Assembly (NCBI RefSeq): GCF_026210795.1
Contig: NC_089434.1
Span: forward strand, 5,642,001 to 5,706,000
DNA: 64,000 bases
Direction of reading: 5' to 3'
Origin: Rhizophagus irregularis
Taxonomy: Eukaryota
Shown here: one piece after another, positions 24,189 through 36,561 of the stretch
How the letters are laid out: each line of letters starts with the position of its first letter
Position numbering within the stretch: the first letter of the stretch is position 1
Position numbers and translations under genes: made by a program
The notes under the pieces: generated by a model
What the model was told of the DNA's origin: nothing
The model's input: the letters and a program-made list of their open reading frames with translations, nothing else
Database searches by the model: none

Positions 24189-27100
24189 ATGTCCAATATA
24201 TACGATGAATTAGAAGAGATTAAAAGAAGACATGAAATAGAAGAACATAATGAATTAAGAGAAGAGTATCAAGTAGATCCTTCATGCCTAAAATGTTATA
24301 GTACTGATGAAATAGAGATAGGAGATTGGTTTAAAAGATTTTGGAAGATTTTTCAAAAAGTAATATTAGAAGCAATGAGTTATAATAGAAATACATATGT
24401 AAAATTAATGGAGTACATAATATTAACAAGAAAAGATGGAGAAGAAAGTTATCCATCTAGTAAAAAGAAAAGAAATAAAGAATTTGAGAAAATAAGAAGA
24501 GAAGGAGAAAAATTGTTAGATATAGTCGTAAGGTCAATTAGGTATAGAAATAAATCAGATTATAGAAAAATAGGAATTATATCAGTAATAAAAGTAATAT
24601 GTGAACATTATATACTCAGTGAAGATAACGAGTTTATATTAGATGATCAAACAGAAGAGAGTTTGTTAGGGAATAAAGAATTATTAACGTATAGATATAT
24701 TATAGAAGATGATGAATTGGATATAAGATTTACAAAATTTAAAGAATGGTTAGAAGAAATGGAATCAATAACCATTAAGAATAAAGGATATAGTACTATG
24801 AGAAATTTTAAAGAAATATTACATTTAGAAGAAAATATTGCAGAAGAAGAAAATAGAGAGAAAATCAAGAAGTTTCAGAAAAGTATAACATATCAATGGT
24901 GGGATGGAAATAAATATCCAAAACCATGGATGAATGATGATTTAACAGATAAGATAATAGAGAAAATAGTAGAAACAAAAGGTTTTGTTGAAGAACAAAG
25001 TGACATAGGAGAACTAGAAAGTTCAGATGATGTAGGAGAATCAAGTTCAAATGAAGGAGACGAACATATGGAAAGAATATATAGAAATTATTGGTTAGAG
25101 AATGGTTATGAAATTGATATTGAAGAAATAAGACGAATAATAAATTTTGGAGTAGAATATGAAATAATAAAAACTAAAGAATTTATGAGTTTTTACAAAA
25201 CTATTGAAGAATTAGATAATAAAGGAATAGAAGAAGAATTAAGAATATGGCATTATATGTATACAATAGAATGTCCAACATGTAATAAAATAATATTGAA
25301 GAAAGAAGCAATAGAAGCAGTAGAATACAATAAAGAATTTATAGAAAAGATATGTAAAAGTTGTTATGAAAAAGGACCAGAAAATTTAGAAAATGAGAAT
25401 AAATTAGATGATGAAACAGAAATAGAGAAAAGATTAGAACAGTTAAAAAATTTAATTAAAATTTTAGAAATTGAAGTTTCTGACAGAGAATTATTAAGAT
25501 TAATAAGTATGGGATATAGAGATGTTGATATATTAAGTGCAGACTTTATAAGAAAATTTCAAGAATATAAAAATGAATCAGAAAAAGAAATAAAGAGAAT
25601 ATTAAATGAATATTTAAAGAAATTTGAAATTGAAGAAAGTGAAGAAGAAGTTGAAGAAGAAAATGATGATACAGATGATTCAGAAAAGATTGGAGAAATA
25701 TTAGATCCAGAAGAACATGAGATTTGGGAAGAAAATACCAGAAGTTTTAATGAGAGCGAAAACGAAAATGTTATAAATACAGAAGGTTTTGGTCTAAGTC
25801 AAAATTCAGATTCGAATAATTCATTAAATATTGAAAATTCTGATAACGAAAGTGAAATATCTGATTATAATTTACAAGAATTATTTCAAGAGAATATATT
25901 GTTAAATATGGCAAATCAAGATCAAATAAAGAGAATAGTAGAAAATGCTATAGGACTCGCACCTAATACATTAGATAATGCATTAGGAGCAGGGCAAACT
26001 TTAATAGATAGAATTCAAACTGCAGGAATGGGAGGAATAGTAGGTATGCCAATTTTTAGTGGAAAAGAAGATGAAGATGTTAACGACTGGATTAGACAAT
26101 TTGAAGTAGCGTTTACAGTAAGTGGAAGAGTAGAAGGAAATGTTGGGGGAGGTGTATGCAACTAAAATAAAGCAAATGTAGCAATAACATGTTTAAGAGG
26201 AACTGCATTACAATGGTATAATGAAGAAAAAGAAAGAGTAGCAGCTAATTTAGTAAACTGGTGTGATCATAATGATGATAGAAATTTGAAAAATAAATTA
26301 ATTAATAGATTTACTAGAGAAGATGTTAAAAGAAGAAAAATGATAGAATTGACAAGGATTAAACAAGAAAAAAATGAAAGTGTTGAAGAATATACTGGAA
26401 GATTTAGGTCAATATTAAGAATTGCAACTAGAGGTCAAGCATTACATGATACATATCAAGTAAATTATTATATCTAAGGATTAGAACCTACATTGGGGTA
26501 CCAAGTTAGAAGAAGTAATCCAACAGATTTAAGTGATGCAATTAAAACGGCAAGAGGAGAAGAAGAAGCCAAAAATGAATTGATAAGGAAAACAACAGGT
26601 ATAAATATAGAACAAATAAGTCAAGAAAAGAATATAGAAGAAATTTTAAAAGAAGGAACGAATAAAAGAGAAGAAAATGAAATATATAGAAAGATGCAAA
26701 AGCCAGTTAATGAAAAAGATATTGATGAATTAAGTAAAGCGTTAGAACAATTTAGAGCAGAAAGAATAGCTATGGGAGAAACGTTGAATGAAATAAAAAA
26801 TCAACAAAGAAGAAATATAAATAGAAATGCAAATACAAGAAATGCAAGAATTATGAGATGCTATGAATGCAATGAAGAAGGTCATATAAGACCAGAATGT
26901 CCACAATTAAGACGAAGAATAATTATAGAACGCAAAATAATTTTAATAGAAATAATAATAATGAAAGAAGAAATAATAATGATAATAGAAATATAAATTT
27001 AATGGATCACGAAAGATATTACGATAATAATAGAAATTATGATAATGGTAATTATTATAATGATTACGAAACATATAAGTATGAAAAAGAAATATTTCCA

Positions 27101-27514
27101 ACTTTAAGAAGTGGTAGAAAATATGGAAGAGATTTAGATAATGAAGATATCGAAATGGAAATTGAAGATGTTCCAATACCACCAAAAAGAGAATATGATA
27201 TAAAAATGGATATTGATGGTGAAAGAAAAAGAGGATTTTCTAATAAAGAAGATAGAGATAAAGCATATCGATCAAGAAGAAGATATAACCAATGTGAAAG
27301 ATGTGGATTAAGAGGTCATTTTATAAAAGAATGTTCAAATCCAGGAATGAAAAGAGGAAATAAAAATATTAGAGTACGAGTTAATGTACCACCAGAAAAA
27401 TATGTAATGGATATGTATAATGAAAAAGCAAATATAACATATGGACAAATTTATAATGAAAATCCAAAATTTAGAAGAATAGCTAGAAATTATGATGAAG
27501 ATGATAATGCATGA
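24189..27514 (+). pseudogene. gag: Gag with ~570-aa acidic N-terminal extension, capsid-like region and two CCHC knuckles
   Basis: PIFSGKEDEDVNDWIRQFE, LRGTALQWY, IKQEKNESVEEY, CYECNEEGHIRPEC and CERCGLRGHFIKEC. Frameshifts near 26160 and 26920 and a stop at 26475. Confidence 0.85.
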
Positions 27515-27800
27515 CTACACTCGGACCAACAAATAAAAAGTGCAGATAATAAAAGTGAAACTAGAGCAATGAGAAGTGAAGTTATAATAAAAGGAAAATT
27601 AGTATCAGTAATAATAGATTCAAAAGCATCAGTCAGTTTAATATCAGATAAATTAAGAAAAGAATTAAATATTCCAATAATAGAAAAGAGTGATATTAGA
27701 TTTATAATGGCTAATGGAATAAGAGTTGCATCAAAAGGAAAAATAGAAATAACAATAGAAATAAATGAAAATACAGAAATGAAAATAATTATGGACGTAA

Positions 27801-30800
27801 GGGGAGTGACACATATTACGTGATATTAGGGTTATTATAAAGTTGACCCCCTCCCCCCTTGTGAGACGTATTTTCATGTGATGTATTATTTAACCAATTA
27901 TCATTAAGGCATCATTTTGATCTCGTTCAAAAATTTTTTTTTCAATTAATATTAAACATCTAAATGAATGTAGAAATACGATACTCTACTTTTATTTTAA
28001 ATAAAACACTGAAATATTTATTTTTGATTCATAATGTATTAAAAACTATTTTGAAATATTTATTTTTATGGAATTTGTAATTTGTAAGAAAATGACAGGA
28101 AAATTTGGAGTTATGGAAATATAAGTATGCATTGATTTAATAAGTACTTTTTATCAATATACTACAAAAAAAAATCTAGAGTTTGATATACATGATGATC
28201 GTACATCTAACGTGACTTAAAAAAATGATTATTAAAATTTTCGTGTCTAATTTTCATGTCTGAAAAATTTTATATCCAAAACTTCAACATGCAGGCTTTT
28301 CTAATTACACCGAAATATAACAAATTTTATATTTATAAGACCCCTACAACTCCATACCAGAGGTTCTGCAATGCTTTTGGATATCATCGTATGGTAAATA
28401 CAAGAAATCCTGCATACCCAAAAATTAGTCTATGCATAGAATGTAATAACGCGTGGAAGGAGTTTCGACATAAATCTAAGGAGGATATTGAAAGTAAAAT
28501 TAGTGAATACTTAGCAACCCCAATCCCGATCCAAGGTTTTATGCAAATTAATCAGTCACAACCCGGCTCATCTCAAAGTTTAAAGCCCACTCAAACTAAC
28601 CAAGTCCTTCAAAGTCCTATTGAAGAAATTATTATAGCTGACTCCACTCCACCTCCTAATGCTGCTGCACAGAAAAAAGCTGCAGAAACTATTAATGCAA
28701 CTAACATGAAGCTTGCTGAACTTCAGCAAATTTATAATTCTACTAATGACTTGGAGATTCGGAATAATTTATTGGAACATATGGCAACTCTCAAGCAAAC
28801 TCTACATGATGAGGATAACAAGATTAAAAAATTGAAACGTCACGCAGGATATCAATGAAAATGTAGAGCAAAAAAAATAAAGCATCTACAAGAGCACCAA
28901 GAAGTAATTCAATATGATTCACCTGGTCGTCCATCTTTTTTAATTCAATATCCCAATTTACATGAACATATACACGAATGTATTGAGTTTGGAGCTGCAG
29001 ATAAAAAAAGAAGAAAAGAAGTTATTAAAGTTAGAACCATTCGTCATCTTCGAGAGAATCTTAATTCAAAATATAATGAATACCTTTCACGTACCACTCT
29101 CAACAATTACTTGCTACCATCTCGATCAAATACTAAAGCAGCAAAGACACATCACCATCCAGCTCTTGTTGCAAATGCCTCAGTTTCACGAACTGAAAAA
29201 AATGAGCATATTGATGAACACTATTGTCTTGCATCTGTGAAAGGTGCAAAACAATTCGCGGCATTATTTTCAACCCATTCCGTAATCATTTCTCAGGACG
29301 ATAAAGTCAAGGTTCCTCTAGGTATTCCTGCAGTCGGAAGAACGTTTCAAACTATACAAAGTTTTCAAGAGCCAGTTACATTACCCGATCATGATTTTCC
29401 AGTCGGTATGCAGCAAAAACTTATCCCATCAGTTTACTTACTAATTAATCTGAGTGATACGAATAATACTTTCCGCAACAGTCAACTTTCAATTTTTGTA
29501 CGTCCACAATATCATGTTGGTACAAGCTCAAGTACCCATATGAGTGATTTTAACTCGCTAATTCAAGATAGCCAATTTGATGGGATATTAAAAATCAACG
29601 GCCAAATCAAACCTATTTGGATACTTTTAGTTGATGGAGGTCCAGATAAAAATCCCCGCCATATGAAGAATATATTTCAATATTGTAAAATGTTCTGTAA
29701 TTTTGATCTTGACTATCTATCCGTTCGGACACATGCACCTGGACAATCAGCATATAATCCTGTTGAGCGTAGTATGTCAACACTCTCTCAAAAACTGGCT
29801 GGCATAACACTACCGATTGATAAATTCGGTTCCCACCTTAACTCCCAAGGTCAAGTAACGGATTTGGAGCTAGCAATGAAGAACTTTCGTTATGCTGGTG
29901 AAGCATTGTGTACTTTTTGGAAACGTGATCCTATTTTTGGGAAACCAGTTATTGCGCAATATACTGACCAAAAAAATTCTCCATTCGATGATATCCTATT
30001 TCCTGGATCTGAAAATATAAATGAATCAGCTGTACCTTGGCAATGGATAGAAAATCACATCAAAATATGTCAATACTCACTTGATATTAAGAAATGCGAG
30101 GATTCTTCCTGTTGTTCACCTAAACGTCATGAGGAGGCAGCCGTTCTTCTTGCAGAAAATGATGGATTTCTCCCACCTGTAACAAAGGGAAAAGATGGGC
30201 ATTTCCTAAACCCGCTTCATATATTAGAATATTGTGACAAGCTCAAAATACCTGGAAATGATGCCCACTGTCCTTCAATTAATGCAGACACTTATGAACG
30301 TCTTTGCTGTTCTGAATGTGATGCGTATTTTCCAACGCTTTCTATGGTTGCTCAACATAAAAAAATTCAACATCCAAAATGACGAGGACGACCAGCCAAA
30401 AAAAAACTATTTACTAATTCCATTGACGATTTTTCAGTTATACCTGCGTGTGATGTACGAGTTTAATTATAAATGATCGGGAAATACAATCAGAAGGTGA
30501 ATAAAGAGGTGTGCCAACTTTAAATTTTAAAATTAGACCAGGTAAAAGTTTTTAGAAGAGGAATATTTGTTTTATTATATAAGAACACTTGTTAACGTTC
30601 TTATTTGCTTTTTTTTTTGTAGGTACAGGTTTTAACATTGGAATTAAGCCGGGTAGGACTGTAGGAGGAAGACTAATAAAATTAAATGTTTCGTAGTTAT
30701 TTTTTTTGAAAATAAACTAAAAGAGGTGGTGCGACACGACTTAAAACAAAGAACAAAGATGTGTATGTAATACGTTACACTGTTATAATAAAACAAAAAA

Positions 30801-30974
30801 CATTAATAAATCACATGAAAAGAATTTTATTGGCAAATTATTGTTTTTAATTTTCGCTAGAGTTACGAACCAGAAAACTAATTCTGGCCACTATAAATAA
30901 ATATCACGTGACAAATGAGATATTTGCGAACCCCTTCCCCCCCTTTAATAATTACGTGATATGTGTCACTCCCC
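27801..30974 (+). mobile_element. Zator-like DNA transposon (3174 bp) inserted in the protease gene
   Basis: TIR GGGGAGTGACACATATTACGTGAT / ATTACGTGATATGTGTCACTCCCC, TAA TSD, single transposase ORF. Confidence 0.9.
28256..30382 (+). pseudogene. Zator/TP36-like DDE transposase with C-terminal C2H2 finger
   Basis: One frame with an internal TGA at 28856. Motifs ISQDDKVKVPLG, VDGGPDKNPR, APGQSAYNPVERSM and CSEC...H...H. The superfamily call rests on recalled motifs, GG termini and the TWA TSD. Confidence 0.75.
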
Positions 30975-32661
30975 TAATTGAATCAGTAGAAAAAGAATTA
31001 ATATTAGGAAATGATGTATTAAGAGAAAAAGAAGGAATAATAAATTATAATAAAAAGATATTAATATTAAGAGAAGATGGAAAAGATATTGAAATACCAA
31101 TAGAATATGAAAATAATGACGAAAATATTAATGATGATAATGATAGTGATGATAGTGAAGATGAAGATAGTGAAAATGAATATGAAGAAACAAGTGAACG
31201 AGAAATATATTTAATAAATAATGAAGAAAAAGGACATATTATAGAGGAAAACTATTAGGTCTTGGCCATAATAATGGAGAGACATTAAAGATGCACAAAG
31301 ATTGGACAGACGAAATAAAATATAAAGATTTAGAGAAATTACAAGAGAAAGAGTTAAAAGATTTAGTTAAAGAATATGAAGATATTTGTATATATGGAGA
31401 TAAAAAAATAAGTAAAACAAATATAGTAAAATGCAATATAAGGTTAAAAGATGAAACGCCAATAAATCAAAAAGCATATAGAGAAAGTACAGAAAATAGA
31501 GAAATAATAAAAAAAGAAATAGATAAAATGTTAAAAGAAGAAATAATACAAGAATCATGTAGTCCATGGTCATCACCAGTAGTAATAGTGAATAAGAAGA
31601 CAGGAGATAAGAGATTTTGTATAGATTTTAGAAAAATAAATCAAATGACGATAACAGACGCATATCCTTTGCCAAGAATAGATGACTTATTAGAAAAATT
31701 CAGAGTAGCAAAATGGTTTACAACAATTGATTTAGCAAGTGGATATTGGCAAATAGAGATGAAAGAAGAAGATAAAGAAAAGACGGCATTTATTTGTAGT
31801 CAAGGATTATATGAATTTAATGTTATGCCGTTTGGATTAAAAAATGCACCGGCAATATTTTAAAGAACAATGAATAAAATATTTAAAGAATACTTGGATA
31901 AATTTATGAACGTATATATAGATGATATTATAATATATTCGAAAAATTGGAATGAACATTTATAACATATAAAAATGGTATTAGAAGAATTAAGAAAAGC
32001 GAATATAATGTTAAAGTTAAAGAAATGTGAATGGGCGAAAAAGAATGTAGAATATTTGGGACATATAGTAGGAACAGATGGGTTAAAACCAGATGATAAG
32101 AAAATAGAAAAGATTAAAAATTTAAAACCGCCAAAGAATATTAAACAAATAAGAGAAATAAATGGATTATGTTCATATTATAGAAAATTTGTGAAAGGAT
32201 ATTCAAAAATAGTAAAACCAATAATGGAATTAACGAGAAAGAATATTCCTTTTGTGTGGACAGATAAACAACAAAAAGCATTAGAAGAATTAAAAGAAAA
32301 ATTAATAAATTATCCGATATTACAACATCCAAATTTTGAAAAAGAATTTATATTAATAACAGATGCATCAGGAGAAGGATTAGGAGCTATATTAGAACAA
32401 TTAGATGAAAATAATAGAGAAATAGTTATTAGTTACGCAAGTAGAAGTTTAGTAAATGCAGAAAAGAGGTATCTGATAACAGAATTAGAATGTTTAGCAG
32501 TATTTTGGGGAATAAAATATTTTCATAAATATTTATTTGGAAGAAAATTTAAAGTAATAACAGATCATGCAGCATTAAAAGGATTTATAAGTACATCAAA
32601 AGTTCCTAAAGGAAGAAGAGGAAGATGGATGATGGAATTACAACAATATGATTTTGAAATA

Positions 32662-32940
32662 CACTGGTAAAAAAATGATTTATCCTACACATATCTTACA
32701 CATATTGGGTACTCAAAATGTAGAAAATCATACACAAATAATACACATATCATACACATATCGGGTACTAATATATATATCATACATATATCAGGTACCT
32801 GATAGGTATACTATATATATAAGTACCCAATATGTATATGATATGTGTATTATTTGTGTATGATTTTCTACATTTTGAGTACCCGATATATGTAAGATAT
32901 GTGTAGAATATGTGTAGGGTAGACCATTTTTTTACCAGTG
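32662..32940. mobile_element. 279-bp CACTA/EnSpm-type MITE in the RNase H region
   Basis: TIR CACTGGTAAAAAAATG / CATTTTTTTACCAGTG, 3-bp TSD ATA, near-palindromic interior. Shares ATATCGGGTAC motifs with the 50128-63319 element. Confidence 0.93.
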
Positions 32941-33196
32941 ATAGTACATAGACCAGGAAAAGAAAATAAAAATGCTGATGCGATGTCAAGGTTAATATGA
33001 GAAAGATAGAAGTTAAAAATTATAAATAATAATGAATAATGAGACAAATAAAAATTAAAAATGGTTGAAAGAATAGGATTAGAAATATATATATTTATAA
33101 TTCATACAAATATAAATTATCATTGCATATTATTTGAAGATAAAGAAATAAAATTTATTTTACCATTTGAAAACGAAATAGAAAATTTATTAACAA

Positions 33197-34420
33197 ATGG
33201 ATGAAAAAGAATATGATAAAATTTTAAAGAATATAGAAAAAGAAGAAAAATACGTACAAGAAAATGGAGTTTTATATAAAATTAAAGATGAAAATAAATT
33301 TAGAGTAATAAGAAGATTTGAATTAGAAGGAATAATGTATATGATGCATGATCGTGAATTATCAGCACATTTTGGGATTCAAGCTACATATGAAAAAGTA
33401 AAAGAAAAATATTGGTGGAAGAATATGAAACGAGATGTAGAAAAATATGTAAAAAGTTGTGATAATTGTCAAAGAAGAAATAATCCACAAGGGTTACATG
33501 AATTACATCCAATAGAAGTAAAAGAACCTTTTCATATGATTGGAATAGATGTAATAGAACCATTACCAATAACAGAAGAAGGAAATAAATATATAGTAGT
33601 AGCAATAGATTTCTTTACGAAATGGCCAGAAGCAAAAGCAATAAAAGAAGCAAACGCAAAAGAAATATCAAAATTTATTTATGAAGAAATAATTTGTCGA
33701 CATGGATGTCCAAAGAAAATACTTACAGATAATGGATCAGAATTTAATAATCAATTAACTAAAAATCTTACAGAAAAATTTAATGTTCAACATAAATTCT
33801 CGACTCCTTATCACCCTAAAACAAATGGATTGGTAGAACGATTTAATAAAACATTAATAGAATCATTGGCAAAATTAGTAAAAGAAAAATTAACGATATA
33901 TAGAAATAGAAAATATGAAGATAAAAATTGGGATCAAAGAATAGCACCAATATTGTTTGCATATAGAAGTAAAATACAGAAATCAAGTAAAATGACACCA
34001 TTTTATTTGACTTATGGAAGAAGAGTAATATTACCAAATGACGAAGAAGTTAAAGGAATTACAATGATTAAAAGAATAGAACATATAATAGAAGAATTAC
34101 CAATAAAAAGAAATGAAGCAAAGAAGAATATTGAAAAAGCACAAGAACAACAAAAGAAATATCATGACAAAATTGGAAAATGAAAACAAAACTTTCAAAT
34201 AGGAGATAAAGTATTATATTTTGACGCGGCAAAATACAAAACACATACAGGAAAACTAGAGGAAAAATGGAAGGGACCATATTATATACATGAAGTGATA
34301 ATAAATGGATCGTACAAAATTAAAGAATTAAATGGAAGAATTTTAAGAAGACCAGTAAATGGAGAATTATTAAAGGAATATTTTGATAGGAAAATATTTG
34401 AACCATATATAGTAATATAA
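33197..34420 (+). pseudogene. Gypsy integrase (HHCC, DDE, GPY/F), frameshift near 34180
   Basis: H..SAHFG...CDNC, GIDV, TDNGSEF, NGLVERFN and KWKGPYYI. No chromodomain seen. Confidence 0.92.
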
Positions 34421-34489
34421 TATGTTTGAGACCCGAATTCGATTCTTAAATTAATTTATGGGACATAAATTTTTCAAGAGGAGGATAAA

Positions 34490-35098
34490 TGTAATAACCA
34501 GAAATATAATAGATAAATGACGCAGTAGATCCTGTGGCGCAGTAAGTCACATGATATGGTTACACAAGAAGAAATAGTTGGGAATACAAAGTCACGTGAC
34601 AAGTCACATGGCGCAGTAAGTGATGGATAAATATTTAGCCGATGGATAAATAATTAGCCAATAAAATTATATTTATAGTTTAGTTTAGTGTAACGAGATA
34701 GTCATATGATAATAGATCTTCAAATTTTATTAGAAATATTAGAAATATTAGAAATATTTTTCTTAAAAATGTATAAATACAAGTGGATTTCGATAGGAAA
34801 TTCGGCAGTTCAATTTTTGGAAAAATAAAATTTTTAGTTTGCCTTTAATAAAAACTAACACATTCTTTTTGCCTTTTTCTTATGAGTAAAAAGTGCTACA
34901 TTAATTATTTTATTTTAATTAATAGTTTATCAAAAATATAGAGAAACTATCGTAATTTAAAATTTCGGTAAGAAATAATGTTTTGTAATTTTTGTAACTA
35001 ATTTTTATTTTAAACCAAGCATAGATGTTATACGAACTCAACACGTCAGTGGCAACATACGATATTTTATTTTAATATCCTATGGGTGGCGTGTCACA
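34490..35098 (+). repeat. 3' LTR
   Basis: Preceded by the PPT-like AAGAGGAGGATAAA. About nine substitutions relative to the 5' LTR. Confidence 0.97.
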
Positions 35099-35613
35099 AC
35101 GATGATATTTAAAAGCATTACAAAACTTTTGGTATTGGTTTGTAGGAGTCTTATAAACGTAAAATTTATTATATTTCGGTGTAGTCAGAAAAGCCTGCAT
35201 GTTAAAGTCTCGAATGTAAAAATTTTTCACAGACGTAAAAATTTTAATGATCAAACTTTCACAAATTACGTTGGGTAAGGGGTTACCATGTGTATCAAAA
35301 CTATAAATTTTTTTGTGATATATTTATAAGAAATTTTCCCGTTATTTTCATCTAAATATTCAAAAATAACTTTTACATTATGAAATTAAAAAATTTTTAC
35401 ATATTAAAAGGTTGAGTATTACATTTTGTATTGACATTAATTAAAAAAATTTTTACATAAAAGTTGAGTGTTACATTTTGTATTGACATTAGTAAAGAAA
35501 AAAAAAGATTTGGAACGATATCAAATTGATGATAGTAATTGGTTAAATGTATATTATTTAATAGATCACGTGTTAATAAATCTCACGAGAGGGGGAGGGG
35601 GTCAGCTTTATTG

Positions 35614-36193
35614 AACAGGGCAGACATCCCCATATTATCACGATATTGCCAATCATTTTGCCGATCACTCGTCCAATATTATCACAAAAAAATACCGTTG
35701 AATTAGTTTTTTCACAAATTCTACATAATAATGTATAAAATTTCGATTTTATTTATTTTATTTATTTATTGTTAATAAATTAGTTCTTAAAATAATTCAT
35801 AAAGATTTTGTCAAATATCAATTTTACAATAATTGTAAACATTTATTTAATGATAACTTTTGGGTTATCAAAAATTTTCCAGGTTTATTTTAGCCATTGA
35901 TTCTTAAATACTTAAATAATATACTGTAAAAGTTTCAAGTTTCGCCTAAAGATCTGTAACTTCGTCTGAAGCTTCAAAGTCAGATTAGCAGATGATCGGC
36001 ATATATATAGCATATATATTAATTATTGAAAATTTGACGTAAAATCTAACTTTGGAAACACACCTTATTTTTCCACAATACTTTTATATTAAATTATTGA
36101 TAAATGAAACTATTAAATAAAGCTTCAAATTTAATGTGATATTACTTATATCATGATCGGCAAGTAATCGACATTGTGATATAATGCATGTCC
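35614..36193. mobile_element. AACAGGGC-family MITE with clipped right tip
   Basis: Starts AACAGGGCAGACATCC and ends ...GCATGTCC, abutting the Zator TIR. Interior homologous to 1-264. Confidence 0.75.
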
Positions 36194-36346
36194 ATGATAT
36201 GTGTCACTTCCCTAATATTAATCTCTATAAAATAAAAATATTTCTTGCAAGAAATAATAAAAAAAAGAGCAAATTAAGTTAATTTTTGCAAAAAGCCAGT
36301 ATAAGTTCTATATTAATTAAATAAGAAATAGGCAATTTCTATTTGT

Positions 36347-36561
36347 ACACAGAGTGTTTAAACATGGGTCATATTAGTAGATTAAAAACAGCATTCAAAA
36401 CCTCCTTTAATGCCTTAAGTAAACTTGTAGAGCAGGTGAAAATACATATATTTATTTGTAATATAATAAGAATAAAAAATAAACATTCAATTTCAAATTA
36501 AAAAACAAAAAATTAGTCTATTAAAAATTATATTTATATGACCTGTGTACAAACGCCCCGT
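36347..36561. mobile_element. Possible degenerate MITE
   Basis: Imperfect IR ACAGAGTGTTTAAACATGGGTCATAT / ATATGACCTGTGTACAAACGCCCCGT. Confidence 0.35.

Larger units (their letters stand above)
27515..33000 (+). pseudogene. pol: Pol: aspartic protease, RT and RNase H, interrupted by two insertions and stop codons
   Basis: VIIDSKAS (the DSG motif is altered). IMDV|IESVEKELILGND rejoins across 27801-30974. SPWSSP, DLASGYWQ, MPFGLKNAP, YIDD and TDASG are present. FEI|VHRPGKENKNADAMSR rejoins across 32662-32940. Confidence 0.93.
21484..35098 (+). mobile_element. Full-length Ty3/Gypsy LTR retrotransposon, inactivated, with three nested insertions
   Basis: 609-bp TG...CA LTRs, 4-bp TSD ACGA, domain order gag-PR-RT-RH-IN, and a purine tract before the 3' LTR. 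Confidence 0.97.
17102..36212 (-). mobile_element. Older Zator-like element fragmented by nested insertions
   Basis: TIR end GATATGTGTCACTTCCC|TAA at 36212. Coding pieces 35254-35099, 21483-21453 and 17239-17102 rejoin to FKYHR-MVNTRNPTY-PNVSLCAECNN, which matches the protein at 28256. Confidence 0.85.

Noticed and set aside
27801..30974. PIF/Harbinger assignment based on the TAA TSD
   Set aside because: Single ORF with DDK..VPLG / DGGPD / NPVER motifs and no Harbinger motifs or second Myb ORF.
21484..35098. RIP as the cause of the mutations
   Set aside because: Transitions are sparse and partly at CpG, which does not show the dense context-specific pattern of RIP. It cannot be established by eye.
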